Positions 50,554-63,649 of a stretch of 64,000 bases of DNA are shown in pieces. Location of the stretch: positions 284,642,001 to 284,706,000 of the forward strand of contig OZ024743.1 of assembly GCA_964016885.1 (NCBI GenBank), in the 5' to 3' direction. Origin of the DNA: Eledone cirrhosa. Lineage: Eukaryota. The first letter of the stretch is position 1, and every line of letters starts with the position of its first letter. A program made the translations under genes and the position numbers. The notes beneath the pieces were generated by a model that made no database searches, was not told the DNA's origin, and was given only the letters and a program-made list of their open reading frames with translations.

Positions 50554-53199
50554 ATATATATATATATGTATATATCATCATCATCATTGTTTAATATTTG
50601 CTTTACCTGCTAGTAAGCGTTGGATGTACCTATATAGACCGTCAGTATTGAAGTGGGGCTACTGACCTCTCAGATTGCCTAGAGGTCTGCTTCTCCCTTA
50701 CGTATGGTCTTACGTTCTATCAAGTGCACAGGGTCCTCCAACTCTTTGTTTGCAAAGCTTTGTACAGGTAGATGCCCTTCCTATCACCAACCACTTTGTG
50801 GTGTGTACAAGGTACATTTATTATGTAAATCACTAGCACTAGAGAGGTTTCCACACCATGATATGACTGAAGGGTCCTCTCAACCCCTTTTTTTATAGGC
50901 CTGGTTTCTACAGCAGGGTACCCTTCCTGTTGCCAACCATCTTACCAAGTGTACCGAATTGGTCCTTGTCACAATGGAAGAGCCGTCTCTGCTCGGGGTG
51001 GAGAGTGGGGCAATAAGAGGCAGATAAGTGTGAAGTTATGACAAGTGTTGTGTGATTTGACAGGGTGATGAGTGGGGAAGGGGAGGTGGTGATGAGGACA
51101 CAAAAGTAGTGGGGATGAGTGGCATGGATGATGATCATTAGTGCTGGGATGGGGCTGGCACTCATCAGAGCTGAGAAGCAGGGATGGAGAGAATTGCTAA
51201 GGGGGTGAGAGTTGAGAGGGTATGGGTGAGGTACATTTGGAGGATGAGAGTAGTTACTCGTGGTTCTTTGTCATTTCTGTATGCTCCTTCCCCTACCTTA
51301 ATCCCAAAGAAGCAGGGGTGAAAGAACACTTAGGTCCTCGCCTGCCAGTCTAATCCTGATTTCTTGCCTTAATTCTCACTATCTAATCTCCAATTAGTCA
51401 CCCCACCCCCACTCACACCTTTCCCCCCTCGACCAAGCCATGCCACTATACAATGTTATGGTGAACTTTTCCCTCACCCCACCAATTCACCTTCCCTACA
51501 CAACCCACATCATCTCACATTCCCCAACTCACCTTCCCTGTCATGGAAAGCTGAGTACATCCCACAGTATAATGCCAGATGCTACTTATTTCCTTTATGG
51601 CAGGCCCATGACCTGATGTTTCCTCACGTTTTCTGGCATGTCCCCACCACCTTCACCACCAAGTAGTATATAGTCTCTCCCCTTTTCATTTGTACACCCC
51701 ATCATTTCCTCCTCAACCTGGCCAAGGATACAACAAACACCTGAGTTTCATAAAAAAGTAGTGCTGGTGCTACAATAAAATCCATCAAACCAATCCTTAA
51801 AATAAAGTGATACCATGATAAAAAGCCCCCACCCCACCCTATAAGACAACAAGACGAAAGAATGAGACAAAAGTCACATGATATGAAAGGAGATATGTCA
51901 TGGTGGATAGCTAACTAAACAAAAACAAAATGAGGAGTGGAGCCATGTGCATCACAGGTGATATTGTAATAGTGGCAACAAGTACAAAACTTCAAGGTTA
52001 TCAGCCGTTGAAATGGACTTATTCAATTTTGACCCCTACTGACAGTACTTATAATTCCCCTACTGACAGTACTTATAATTCATCCAGTCACAATGTCTGA
52101 CAAAATAGTCAAACACTGTCTTTGGACTATTAAGATGAAAATAAAACAAAACAAAACTTTCATGTATAGAAAGGGAGGTAGCCAGAGTGGGAACAGACAG
52201 GTGGAGGTCTAAGGTGTTAGTTCCTCTGCTAACATTATGTGGGGAGCTTCTGTCTCAGAGTAAGGAGTAGTTTGTGAGATACATGCATAGCTGTGGGACA
52301 TGGGCCTTGACTTCTAAGAACCTGGGAGTGTTTGAGGGAGATGTGACAAGTATGCTCTTCTGTCAACTCAATAACTGATAGCCTCTCTAGTGTTGATGCC
52401 ATGATTTTGGGCACCCAATACACTCTGTAGTCGTTAGGTTTCAACAGTAGAAACCATGCCCAAAAGGGGTCAAGAGCTCTCTTCAGTTTTGTCAATGGGA
52501 TGATAACCTCTCTAGTGTTGGTGGCATGATAAAATGCAAATGTATAAAATGTTTTTTGTAAGTTTATTTATTTTTGTGTATTCCAAATATTATCAAACTA
52601 ATAAGTCAGAATTGTCTTATAACCATCAGCCTACTAGTTTCAGTGACATTTCATGTACCCAACTCTTATTACAAGATAGACAGATATTGATGTATTTTCA
52701 CTATACATAAGATTAAATTAGTTTACCAACGAAGATAGATATTAATTGTTTTTTGTGTTTTTTTTTTGTTTTGCTTAACACAAGGCAGTGAATCACTTCC
52801 AGCATTCTGCTAGCACTTGGACACAAAAACTGCAAGGTAAAGTTGACTCTGATAGGATTTTAGCACTGTAAGGCATTTAGTCTGGTATTCTACCCCATCT
52901 ACCAGCTCACTGCCTTTATTTTGATGAATATTGATTTTTAACATTGACACAAGTTTACAACTTTGTTAGCCAATATAATGCTCATTGACAAATATTGAGC
53001 TCTAATATTGAGCTCTAATACAAGACCACATTTGGTGAGAGGGAAAATTCAATTAGATCAACTGGTACTGGTTTTATCAATCTTAGTGAGATTTTTCTCA
53101 GGACTTAAAGAGATTGTAACTAAATACTACAAGGAATTCTACTTGACTGGTTCTCTAACAAGTCTGCCAATCTACTAACTATTAAAACTAATGTTACTT

Positions 53200-53525
53200 G
53201 ATAAAGTGCATAACAACTTGGAGATCAGAGAGTCACTCCAGGTAGAGACACTACTTCTCTGAATTGAGAGATCACATCTTCGATGCCATGGGCATGTGGT
53301 TAGAATGTCTCAGGAAAGAATCGCTATACAGATTTTACAGACAAAACCAACCGCCAAGAGACCCTGGGGTAGACCCCAAGAAAGATGGTTGGATAACATC
53401 CATGAGCTTGGCTGGTCATGCTTGGGGATCCAGCCGGATCAGTTAGAGACAGTTGCTTCTGACAGGACCTGCTGGAAGGGGTTTTTGAGGACTCTTGACC
53501 CTCTCAGGAATAAGTGGGTAATCTA
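53200..53525 (+). mobile_element. RTE LINE family 3, 3' fragment
   Basis: VRMSQERIAIQILQTKPTAKRPWGRPQERWLDNI. Confidence 0.78.
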
Positions 53526-53781
53526 AACCTTGTTAAGAGTTTTAATAAGACATTTAAAAGTTGTTCCATTTCATCTTTTGAAATCTAATATCTCATTGTT
53601 GGTATTGACCAAAGCAGAAATATGCTTTAAGTTTCCTATACTGTGTATGATACGGATATTGCCAGCTTCTGATTTATAAAGGTTTACAAAGATCAAATGA
53701 TTTGATAGTCTGCTTGAGTAAATATTGTGAAAAAATATTAACATCTGGAGATAAATATATGTATTTTTAATATATACTTAC

Positions 53782-53845
53782 TCTTTACTGTGGCAGTACA
53801 GATTGTTATGATCTTTTACTCACCTGCAATAAAAGAAAGGTAATG
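53782..53845 (-). other. Candidate recursive splice site with a 42-nt cryptic exon
   Basis: CCTTTCTTTTATTGCAG|GTGAGT (junction 53824/53823) and a second donor AGA|GTAAGT after 53782. Confidence 0.45.
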
Positions 53846-54259
53846 AATATCAATTGGAATAATTAATAAAATACAATGAATTATCACTTTATTCATTATT
53901 ATATTACTTGGAGGTTGCTTGTCAAAATTGAATACAAAGTAAGGATGAAGGAAGATATGAAACGACTGTTATGATAATAGATAAAACAAATCATGCTACA
54001 AAATCAATCCCATATGTAAAAACTATTATCCACTGATCAAAGCAGATTTGAATAGACCGCTGTATATACTCAAATAAAAGTAGATTTCATGTAAAAGTCA
54101 ACCCATTTTTGTTAGGGGCTGAAATGATGGAATTTTCCATGTATTTCATATAAAAGATAGCCTTAGTTTTTCTCAGATAATAGTTCAACATCTGTTGGTC
54201 TAGGGATTATTCTGTGTATAAATGTTACAATAAAGAAATAAAATGTTCATTCATTATTA

Positions 54260-54349
54260 CATCCCTTAACGATCTGAGTTCAAATCCCGCCGAGGTTGAC
54301 TTTGCTTTCATCCTTACGGGGTCGATAAAATAAAGTACCAGTAATGCAC
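54260..54349 (+). mobile_element. SINE family A fragment
   Basis: B box and core. Confidence 0.85.
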
Positions 54350-55384
54350 AATTCACACAAACATTGTGTTATGGATTATTCAGGTTCATTATCAAAGAAG
54401 CATTACAATTATTGTGGTATAGTTAGTATCATACAAAATACATCACACCATCATTTCTTATATAACCTAGACCATATGTATTTATATGTATAATATTGTG
54501 CATTATACATATATGTATCATTCATTATAATTACCTTATCTCCGAATGCAGGATTCCAATAAACTATTGTGTGAGGAAGAATTATCATTTAATTGTAATA
54601 TCAAGTCCTATTATATTTCTAATTCAGTCCTGTATACATAAATAAAGCTTTTGAAATCATCTTCATTCACTGGTGATATTTTAAGTTTGAAACTGCACTA
54701 AATTACCTTATTAGAAATAAAAATTCATGACTGATATACAATACTTTGTGACTTTAATGCAGGAAGATCAAGTATAATGGATACAAATGAAACAGCAAGT
54801 GTAAATATTCATAAGAGCTATAGGGCAATGTGTTCTTAGTAGGGTGTATTTTGTTTTATGCGATAATTATTGGTACTATTACTGTAATGTGATAATTATT
54901 GGTACTATTACTGTAATGTATTGTTTTCCCCACCTTTATTCATTTAAGAGATCATTTGACATTTTATTACTTATACAGTACTTTAGATTATATGTGAATT
55001 TCTGTACTCCAAAAGTAGTATTGTGTAATAGTTGATCCCTAAAATTTAGCCTAAAACTCTAATCTGATCTAAAATATTAAGAAAATCTAATTCATAGTTT
55101 CAACTATCAGTATACATGAGGTGTATTGGTGTCACAAGCAGGCTGACAGAGAATTTAGACTTTGTATTTGCAGATGCACTAAAGTTAGCTGTAAGAATAT
55201 ACTTGAAATAAATTCCTTTGAATTCTCAGGTTTCTCTCACAGTGTAAAGGGCAAACTGTGAAATACTTGGCTACAAACTGCATGACTGCATGATAGCAAG
55301 ATATAAGTTTTGAATATGGAAGATTTTCAACAGCTAGAAAGAAATGAAGCAAGCAAATTCAGTTGGATTTGTAATGTTAAAGTC

Positions 55385-55725
55385 TATGAAGAGTAAAGCA
55401 CAAATGAGTTAACTGGAAAGATTGATATATGAAGAATCAGGTGTGGTGAATAAGAGAGAGGATTGTACTGGTACAAACATGTAATGCATGTGTATGATGC
55501 TAATAGTATGAAGTAGTACCAAATGCTGAAAGGGGATGGGACCTGTGGAAGAGGGACACCTAGGAAGACATGGGAGATGAAGTGGTGAAGACCAATCTCA
55601 AGAAGCTGAACCCTATAAAGGAGATGATAAAGAACCACAATTAGTGGCAACATGTAAGGCTGAAGAAAACTTGCCCAGCCATGGAAACATGGAAAAAACA
55701 TATTAAAATGGTGGTAGTGGTGATG
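55385..55725 (+). mobile_element. Old RTE 3' fragment
   Basis: Degenerate RRL.WY.HV and GRG.PRKTW remnants. Confidence 0.65.
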
Positions 55726-56975
55726 GAGATTAGGATGTATTTTTTTCTACTTTGGGATCTCCTGTCCATTATATTATATTCCTGTTAATTTTCCATCTAC
55801 TACCCTCTTTGTTACTCTCTTAACTAGCACACACTAACTGTTGCATTCATTGAATCACACTACCTGTGTAATGCTAGATGGCTCTGAACCTGTCTATATG
55901 CAACCTCTCTCTGTCATCATCCTTGATCACACTACATTTTTCCTATCATAATACCTGCTTGATGTGGAATGGTTAGCCATCACTCTCTCTCCCTCATATC
56001 ACTCATCATTTATCCCCACCATTCTCTTTTACCATCACTCATCTTCATTGCTATCCTTCAACTTCTCAACTCATTATTGACATAGATCAATCTACTCAAT
56101 GTTAACCCCTCCTCTCTCTCATTACTCCTGTTCATATCACTCTTTGTTGGCCTAGATCACTCTACTAATTGGTGACTTACATCACTTTCCCCTACTTCCA
56201 TTACTCTTTCTTTTGTCATTATCTTACTCCCTACCCTACTATTCTACTTGCTCTGTCTCACCCGTCACAGTTAAATTCATTCTTTTATTCCCTTTCGTGG
56301 CCTTGCTTGTCTTGAACAAACAGAGACAACCTAAATGGGAGGCTTTTGTTTTGTAGAGGACAAGGCAGCTTCTCTGGAGCTGGAACTAAGACAAAATGCA
56401 CCCGATATGCTCTGTAAAGTGGTTGGTGAACAAATAGAGATAATGTAAAGTACAGACGACTTTTTAGTCTTCTTGAGGACATGCCAGCCTTTCTAGTACT
56501 GGTGCCCCAATAAAATGCACCCAGTACACCCTGTAAATGATTTGATGTTAGGAAGGGCAGCAAGCCATAGAGAACATGCCACATGAAATATACAAGTAAG
56601 ATATGGTCACCTGACCTGTCTAGAAGGGCATTAACTTTGAATGAGTTGCCTCGGACAGTAATAACTCATTCAATTCATGCCAGCATGGAAAATGGAAATA
56701 AAATAATGATGAGTTCTTTATTTCTTGAAATTATCCTTTTTTTTCTTTGAGAATCTCTCTGAATTACTGCTAGGTTTTGTTTATTTTTTCCATTGAAATT
56801 TCAATTCATTAAGAATTTTTTGCATGCATCATTCAATACACCACCCCTTACCTTATTTAAATTTGCGCCATTGGTCTAGTGGAGTTATTTCTGTAGGTCA
56901 TTGAATTTTAAAAATTATTCAATAATTATCTCTATTTGACATATTTTTATGTTACATACAGAAAGGGTCAAACAT

Positions 56976-56978
56976 CAC

Positions 56979-57011
<33 letters not shown>

Positions 57012-57261
57012 TACTATTACTACTACTACTACTATTACTACTACTACTACTATTACTACTACTACTACTACTACCACCACTACTATTACTACTACTACTA
57101 CTATTACTACTACTACTACTATTACTACTACTACTACTATTACTACTACTACTACTATTACTACCACCACCACTACTACTACTATTACCACCACCACCAC
57201 TACTACTACTATTACCACCACCACCACTGCTGCTGCTACTACTACTACTACTACTACTACT
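56976..57261. repeat. (TAC)n/(CAC)n/(TAT) trinucleotide array
   Basis: It explains the poly-L/Y/V/S ORFs. Confidence 0.97.
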
Positions 57262-57439
57262 TTCCAGCAAGCACGACTCTATCTTTCATTTCACTTGTGC
57301 AGCATTCCTGGCATTAACATCTGTTGTATCCTTTAAAACTATCTTTTACTGTTGTTAAGTTGCATAGTGAAAGAAACTGGAAAATTTAGTTTCTGTCAGA
57401 ATATAAAGAATGTATTGCCACTAAGGAGTATTAAGCATC

Positions 57440-57650
57440 TTAACTCTTTAGCATTTAAACCAGCTGTATCCAGCCAGAATTCTTTCCCTTTTTCAAATCA
57501 GCTGTAACTAGCAGCTCACATCAACATTAAGATATCCTTCTTAAAATAAACAATAACATCAGCAAAATTTCATAGACTTGATATTATTTGAGATAATTAC
57601 CATGAATATATAATAGTAAATATTGAGTAATGTAAATGCTAAATAGCAAA
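57440..57650. mobile_element. TTAA-type MITE, uninterrupted older copy
   Basis: TTAACTCTTTAGCATTTAAACC ... TGTAAATGCTAAA; collinear with the split copy at 3237-6350. Confidence 0.7.
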
Positions 57651-59863
57651 GACTGATGGTGTACTATATGCTATAACATTTTACTTTAATAAATAAAACA
57701 ACAAAATAATTTGGTATATTATAGATTAAATACTAAAATTTGTATGTCCAGCTGCAGAATCTATGCCAAATATGGAATGTAACAAGCAATATTAGTAGCT
57801 CCAACCTATCTGGTCTTGGATAACCTGTTTAACCCATGCCAGTGAAAAGGGATGTAAAATGATGATGAGGAAAGTGATGATTATAAGCACCAATTTGAGA
57901 CAGGAAATAGAAACAGGCCCATTTGTGGAGTTGTTGTTTTTTCATATGAGGCATTTATGTTTGACATAAATAAAATGACCTGTCTTGCCAGTGTTAAGTT
58001 ACAGACAAATTCTCATGAACATAAAATATTACTGTTATTATTTCTTCTATTTTAACTCAGGGATCCAGAACATTAGATATAACCCTAGTCAGCCTTGCTT
58101 TAGCAGGTCAGTTAAAAGGTCGATCAAATTAATAAGCCATAGATCCATCAGAGAGGGTTGGCTGAAATGCTCATAGGTTGACCTAGATACTCTCATGGAA
58201 TGACCAAATGAGGTTTATTTTTCAACATAGTCTCTGGAAAGAAACTAAGAAGAGTTGAAATGAATGCATGCAAGATTTCACAGCTCTTGCATATTTGAGA
58301 ACTATACTGTACACTACAGCATATAGCATTTATTATGTAGGGTGCAAACCTGTAAGATGTTAATGTTGGTACCTTAACAAAATGCACTCAGTTCACCCTG
58401 TGACAGTGCTGATGTTACAATGAAATGCTCCTAGTACATCCTATAAAGTGGTGGACATTAAGAAAGGTATCCAGCCATAGAAATTTAGCCAGAAGTGGAA
58501 CATATGAACATGACATTTTCACCTGACCAGTCTAGCCTTAGTACATGATAATCCATCTAACTCATGCAAGCATGTAACATAGACATTAAACAGTGATGAA
58601 GATGATAATGATCTAATGAGGCCATCTGGGTATGTTGCATTTCCTTTGCTATTCAGTCTACATTTGTATGCCTGTAAGCTCTGGTGGTGATCATGACAGG
58701 AGAAACCAAATGGGACTTGGTTGGGCATAATATTTATTACTGTGGGGTTGTATGTAGTTACTATAGTTACTAATGTGACTAGATACATATAGATATTTCA
58801 GCAGGTAGTTAAAATGTCTATGTGGATCCTAAGGAAAAAAAAAGATTGAAGACAGTAAGTGCATTCATATTTGATTTGCATTGTTTTATTTTCTGTGATG
58901 GGTGTATGTGCAAGTGTGCGTTCGTGGTCGTGTGGAATACAGTTAAATTCATAGTTAAGTGAACAGTAAACCAATAAAAGGTGATGAGTATTATAGTGGT
59001 TGAATACTTGCTGTACATTTATAGCAGTTATCGAATGAAAAATATGTAATGTTAGACAGCCATAAAGATTAAGAACTAGATAAGAAGGAGAGATAAAGAG
59101 AAATAAATGTTTATGCAGACTGGTCTGACATGTCAGTAATACAGATACTAAAAGTTTATGTATAATATATTTCACATATTAAATTCTATAGTAATAAAAA
59201 TATTTCGAAATTGTATTACCAATTGTCTGTGTATATTTTTAGAGAACTTTAAATTGAATTATACATTTATTGGAGCAGTATAAGTATTTTTGATCATTAT
59301 TAACATAATGCCCGTGTATTACATTTGGCATAAACTTCAATTGTCTTTAAATGCCATATTTTTACATATTTTCATATTACTTATGAAATGGGGTGAGAGA
59401 CTTTTCTCATAAGACAGGGTTTTAATACTACATTCCTATAGCACAGATATGTATCAATTCTAGTAGTATCAATATTGAGCTGAAGTCAGCATGGCGGGAT
59501 TCTTTGATTTTTCTTTAAGACAAAATGGTTAATGAATATACTATCAAATTATCAATTCAGAGATCTTGAGTTCATTTCTACAGTATTTTATTGCGATTTC
59601 TGCAGTACACTTAATACTACACACTTTATTTTACTTGTCTGGAATATATATGTTATCATCGGTGAATGTTGTCAAAGATAGTATGGAGTTTTATCAAAGG
59701 GAAAATTTATCTCATCTGCTTAATACCATGAAATAGGAAATCAATCCTTAAAAGCTCCCTGGAGCTTACAGGGAATTGACATACATATATTTATGTATTT
59801 ATCTATGATAGGGACTTTATTTTATAGTGTCAATCATAATTTAAATTTTTACATCATACATAT

Positions 59864-60416
59864 GCTATGTGCAGGAGAGGCGGTTGCGTTGGTATGGACA
59901 TGTGATGCGTATGAAAGATGACAGCTGCATAAAAAGGTGCAGAGCACTAGAAGTCGATGGAAACCGCGGAGTGGGGAGACCCAAGATGACCTGGGATGAG
60001 ATGATAAAAGCCGACCTTACCCAATTACACCTTTCAAAGGCAATAACACACGACCGTGACCTCTGGCGTCACGCAGTAATACAGAGTACCCGACCTCCCA
60101 TGGGTACAAGCTGAAGCATATAGACAATATGCCCCCACACCCCCCACCGTAAGGTGGTCGTGGAGGTGTCACGGCAAAAAAGCACCCAGCCCACACTGTA
60201 AAGTGGACATGTAGGCGCCACGGAAAAAAGCACCCAGCACTCACTGTAAATGAGGTTGGTGTTAGGAAGGGCATCCAGCTGTAGAAATCAAGCCAAAATC
60301 AGTTCCTGTATGAGCAAGGCATGGTCAGCCGACCAGACACTGCCCACAACAGGACAACCCGTTTAACCCATGTTAGCATGGAAGAACGGACGTAAAACGG
60401 TGATGATGATGATGAT
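59864..60416 (+). mobile_element. RTE family 1 3' fragment with 8-bp TSD
   Basis: Near-identical to 5606-6170; ATACATAT at 59856-59863 and 60415-60422. Confidence 0.93.
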
Positions 60417-60538
60417 ACATATACCCGACTTAAATGTATTGTTATTTATTTTTCTACAATCAGTTTTTCAATAATCTTGATTTAGGAAATGTCCATCCCT
60501 TTTGTTAGTTGCTCCACATATACATAGGGTATTACAGT

Positions 60539-60638
60539 CTGTATAAGAATATATATTTAGTCTTGTTCTAAAATAATTTTAAGATTAACATCTCAAATAT
60601 ATTTCAAAGCAAGACTAAATATATAAATTCTTGTATAG
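60539..60638. repeat. Imperfect ~100-bp hairpin
   Basis: ATATATTTAGTCTTG / CAAGACTAAATATAT core stem with outer arms. Confidence 0.7.
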
Positions 60639-62237
60639 AATTCCTCCATTAATGTCTTGTAAAACACATGCATCTCTCTCTAATGGCATCAGTTATCGCA
60701 AAAGGATTGCTTGATCAGTAGCTTTTTTCAAGAGATATTTAGAATGACCTGTAAGATGTGGGTGTAACTGTTATCAATATAATCGCATTGATTCCACAGT
60801 GACATGAAAGAAAGCTGATAGTAACAACTTCCAGAGGACACTGAGACCATCAAGAACTGCTCATGTTTTTTCAAGTTGAATTTTAACGTCCTTTTCTGTG
60901 GGTGTCATGTTGCCTCCTAAGTATATGAAGAAATTCACAGATTTTAGTGTGTGTGTGTGGTGGGGTATTGTACTTATTGTTGTGGCTTGGTTATGAGGGG
61001 GGGGGGGGGGGGTTCTTAGCTCCTTCATTTTGTCAATTGAAGTGTGAGGTTACATAGACCAGACAAATGATAAATCTTGCAAGTCACCTGCATTGATATT
61101 AAAGGAATCAGTGTCTCCATTGTTTGATAGTACTTTAACTATTGTGTTTTTATTGAGCATCATACTGTTTCTTGTAGTATTTCGTATTTAAGAAGAATTT
61201 GCCCTATTTTGCCTCAGTGGATAGCTGAGTGGCAGGTACAAGAGATTGAATAACTGTTCTTATACTTATTTAATTGATTGTTCTGGGATAAAAAATGCAT
61301 GCTGTCCAAAGCAGGATTTGAACACAACAAAGAAATTATATACTTGAAGGCATTTAATCTGCTATATTAAAATATATAAATTTGAAAATGGTAGGCATAA
61401 TTCATCTTCTGATATTTTTCACCATGAACATTTAAAAGCAATCAGAGTTACAGGAAAGAGTAAAATATTAACATTTTTGTGGTTAGTCTAGATACAACTA
61501 GATTAGACATGTCTAAGACCACTTTTACCATATTTTCCTGGTTTTGTCTAGTAAAAGAGAAGTAGGGAAAAAAAACAATATTTGTAATATATCAAATGGA
61601 ATAATATTAATGTAGACAAGAACCAACACTGATTAATAGAAATGTGTACAGCATTGAAGCAAGGAGAGAAAAGGAACAATTTCGACAAGTGAAATTGTGG
61701 GATACATACACACTAAAGTAGATATCTGACAAGAGCAAGATGAAATATGGTAAAATCAGCCTCCCAGAAGCACCATGTGTGTTGCTAGTATACATACTTA
61801 CATACCTATAATCAGACATACATAATTTAACATTTCTATCATTTGATTAGTTTGTAACATTGTCTACCTGTCATTTGTTGCCTTTTATAGAGTTTTATTT
61901 TTTCTTATATATATCGCTGTTCTGAGAAATTTGACATAGCTAACCTACAGTTCACTTAAGACATAAATAATTCATTTACATAATGCACCCATATTTACAT
62001 AAATATAATTATATACATAATATATGCATAAACACACACACACTTGCATACAATTTCAGCTTATGTAGATACTCGTAATTTCTTACATACATATCATCAT
62101 CATCAACATCATCGTTTAATGTCCATCTTCCACGCTTGCATGAGTTTGGACGGGAGTTTTCTATATATATAAATGCATATATATATATATATATATATAC
62201 ATGCATATATATATATATATATAAATATATATATATA

Positions 62238-62679
62238 CATCATCATCATCACCATTTTACATCCGTTCTTTTACGCTAGCATGAGTTATACGGGTTGTCC
62301 TGTTGTGAGCAGTGTCCGGTCGGCTGACCTTGTCTTGCTCATAAGGGAACTGATTCTGGCTTGATTTCTACAGTTGGATGCCCTACCTAACACCAACCTC
62401 ATTTACAGTGAGTGGTGGGTGCTTTTTTTTTCCGTGGCACCTACACGTTCACTTTACAGTGTGGGCTGGGTGCTTTTTTGCCGTGGCACCTCCATGACCA
62501 CTTTGCAGTGGAATGATAGGGACCCCAGTCCTATCATCTCATTTCTACAGCTGAGTAAGCTGGAGCAATGTGAAATAAAGTGTCTTGCTCATGGAAACAA
62601 CACATCACCCGGTCCGAGAATTGAACTCACAACCTTTCGATTGCAAGCCCAATGCTCTAACCACTAAGCCATGTGCCTT
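62238..62679 (-). mobile_element. SINE family B, full length (long tail)
   Basis: tRNA head, CORE-like body and all tail modules. Confidence 0.9.
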
Positions 62680-62737
<58 letters not shown>

Positions 62738-62787
62738 TATATATATATATACACACACACATATATATATATATACACACACACACA

Positions 62788-63616
62788 CAGGGTGACCACA
62801 AAAGCACTCCCTGATTTCAAATACTTATAATATAAAAAGAAGACTCCATTGGTATGGTCACGTGATGCGCATGAAAGACGACAGTTGTATAAAAAAGTGC
62901 AGGGCGATCAAAATTGATGGAAGTTACGGGGTAGGTAGACCTAGAAAAACCTGGGACGATTTGGTAAATTCCGACCTTACACACTTGCACCTCTCTAAGA
63001 CAATGTCACCGAGATCTTTGGTGCTACGCAGTAATATAGAAGACCCGTCTTGCCTATGTACAAAGCGAAACCTACAGTCAGTAGGCACCTCTTAACCAAA
63101 TATATACGCCATCCCACTACCCCTACTCCCACCAACACCACCCTTTCTCTATAAAGTTATGTTGGTACCACAACATCCAGTCGAAATAAATGAGGTCGTG
63201 TAGGTGTCATGACAAAAAAACACACAGTCAACGCTGTAATGTGGCCGTGTAGGTAACACGGTAAAAACCTCCCAGTCCACACTGTAAATGTGGTTGGTGT
63301 TAGGAAGGGCATCCAGCCGTAAAAAAACCTGCCAGACAGTCCTATACGAGCGAGACATGGTCACCCGATCATTCTTGCCTCAAGTAGGACAACACACGTC
63401 TAAACCCATGCTAGCATGGAAGATAGACGTTAAACGATGATGATGATGTTAAAAACTTAAATGAATATTCTTACAATATTGGTGGCTACAGTTGCATAAT
63501 GTAAGAAAGTTTCTTTCCATATTTGCAGAATTGACTCGATTTACTAGATGGCAATGTAATTTAAGATGGCGTTCACTCCACAACAACGTAGCTGATGTGT
63601 TTTTGTGGTCACCCTG
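62788..63616 (+). mobile_element. Mariner-type deletion derivative split by RTE family 2
   Basis: 16-bp TIRs CAGGGTGACCACAAAA / TTTTGTGGTCACCCTG|TA. ATGGCGTTCACTCCACAACAACGT (MAFTPQQR) resembles a transposase start. Confidence 0.8.
62839..63449 (+). mobile_element. RTE family 2 3' fragment
   Basis: RRLHWYGHVMRMKDDSCI..GRPRKTW; the 3'UTR is like 14490-14870; (GAT)n tail. Confidence 0.9.

Positions 63617-63649
<33 letters not shown>

Noticed and set aside
56936-57358. Poly-Leu/Tyr/Val/Ser ORFs
   Set aside because: Reading frames of a trinucleotide array.
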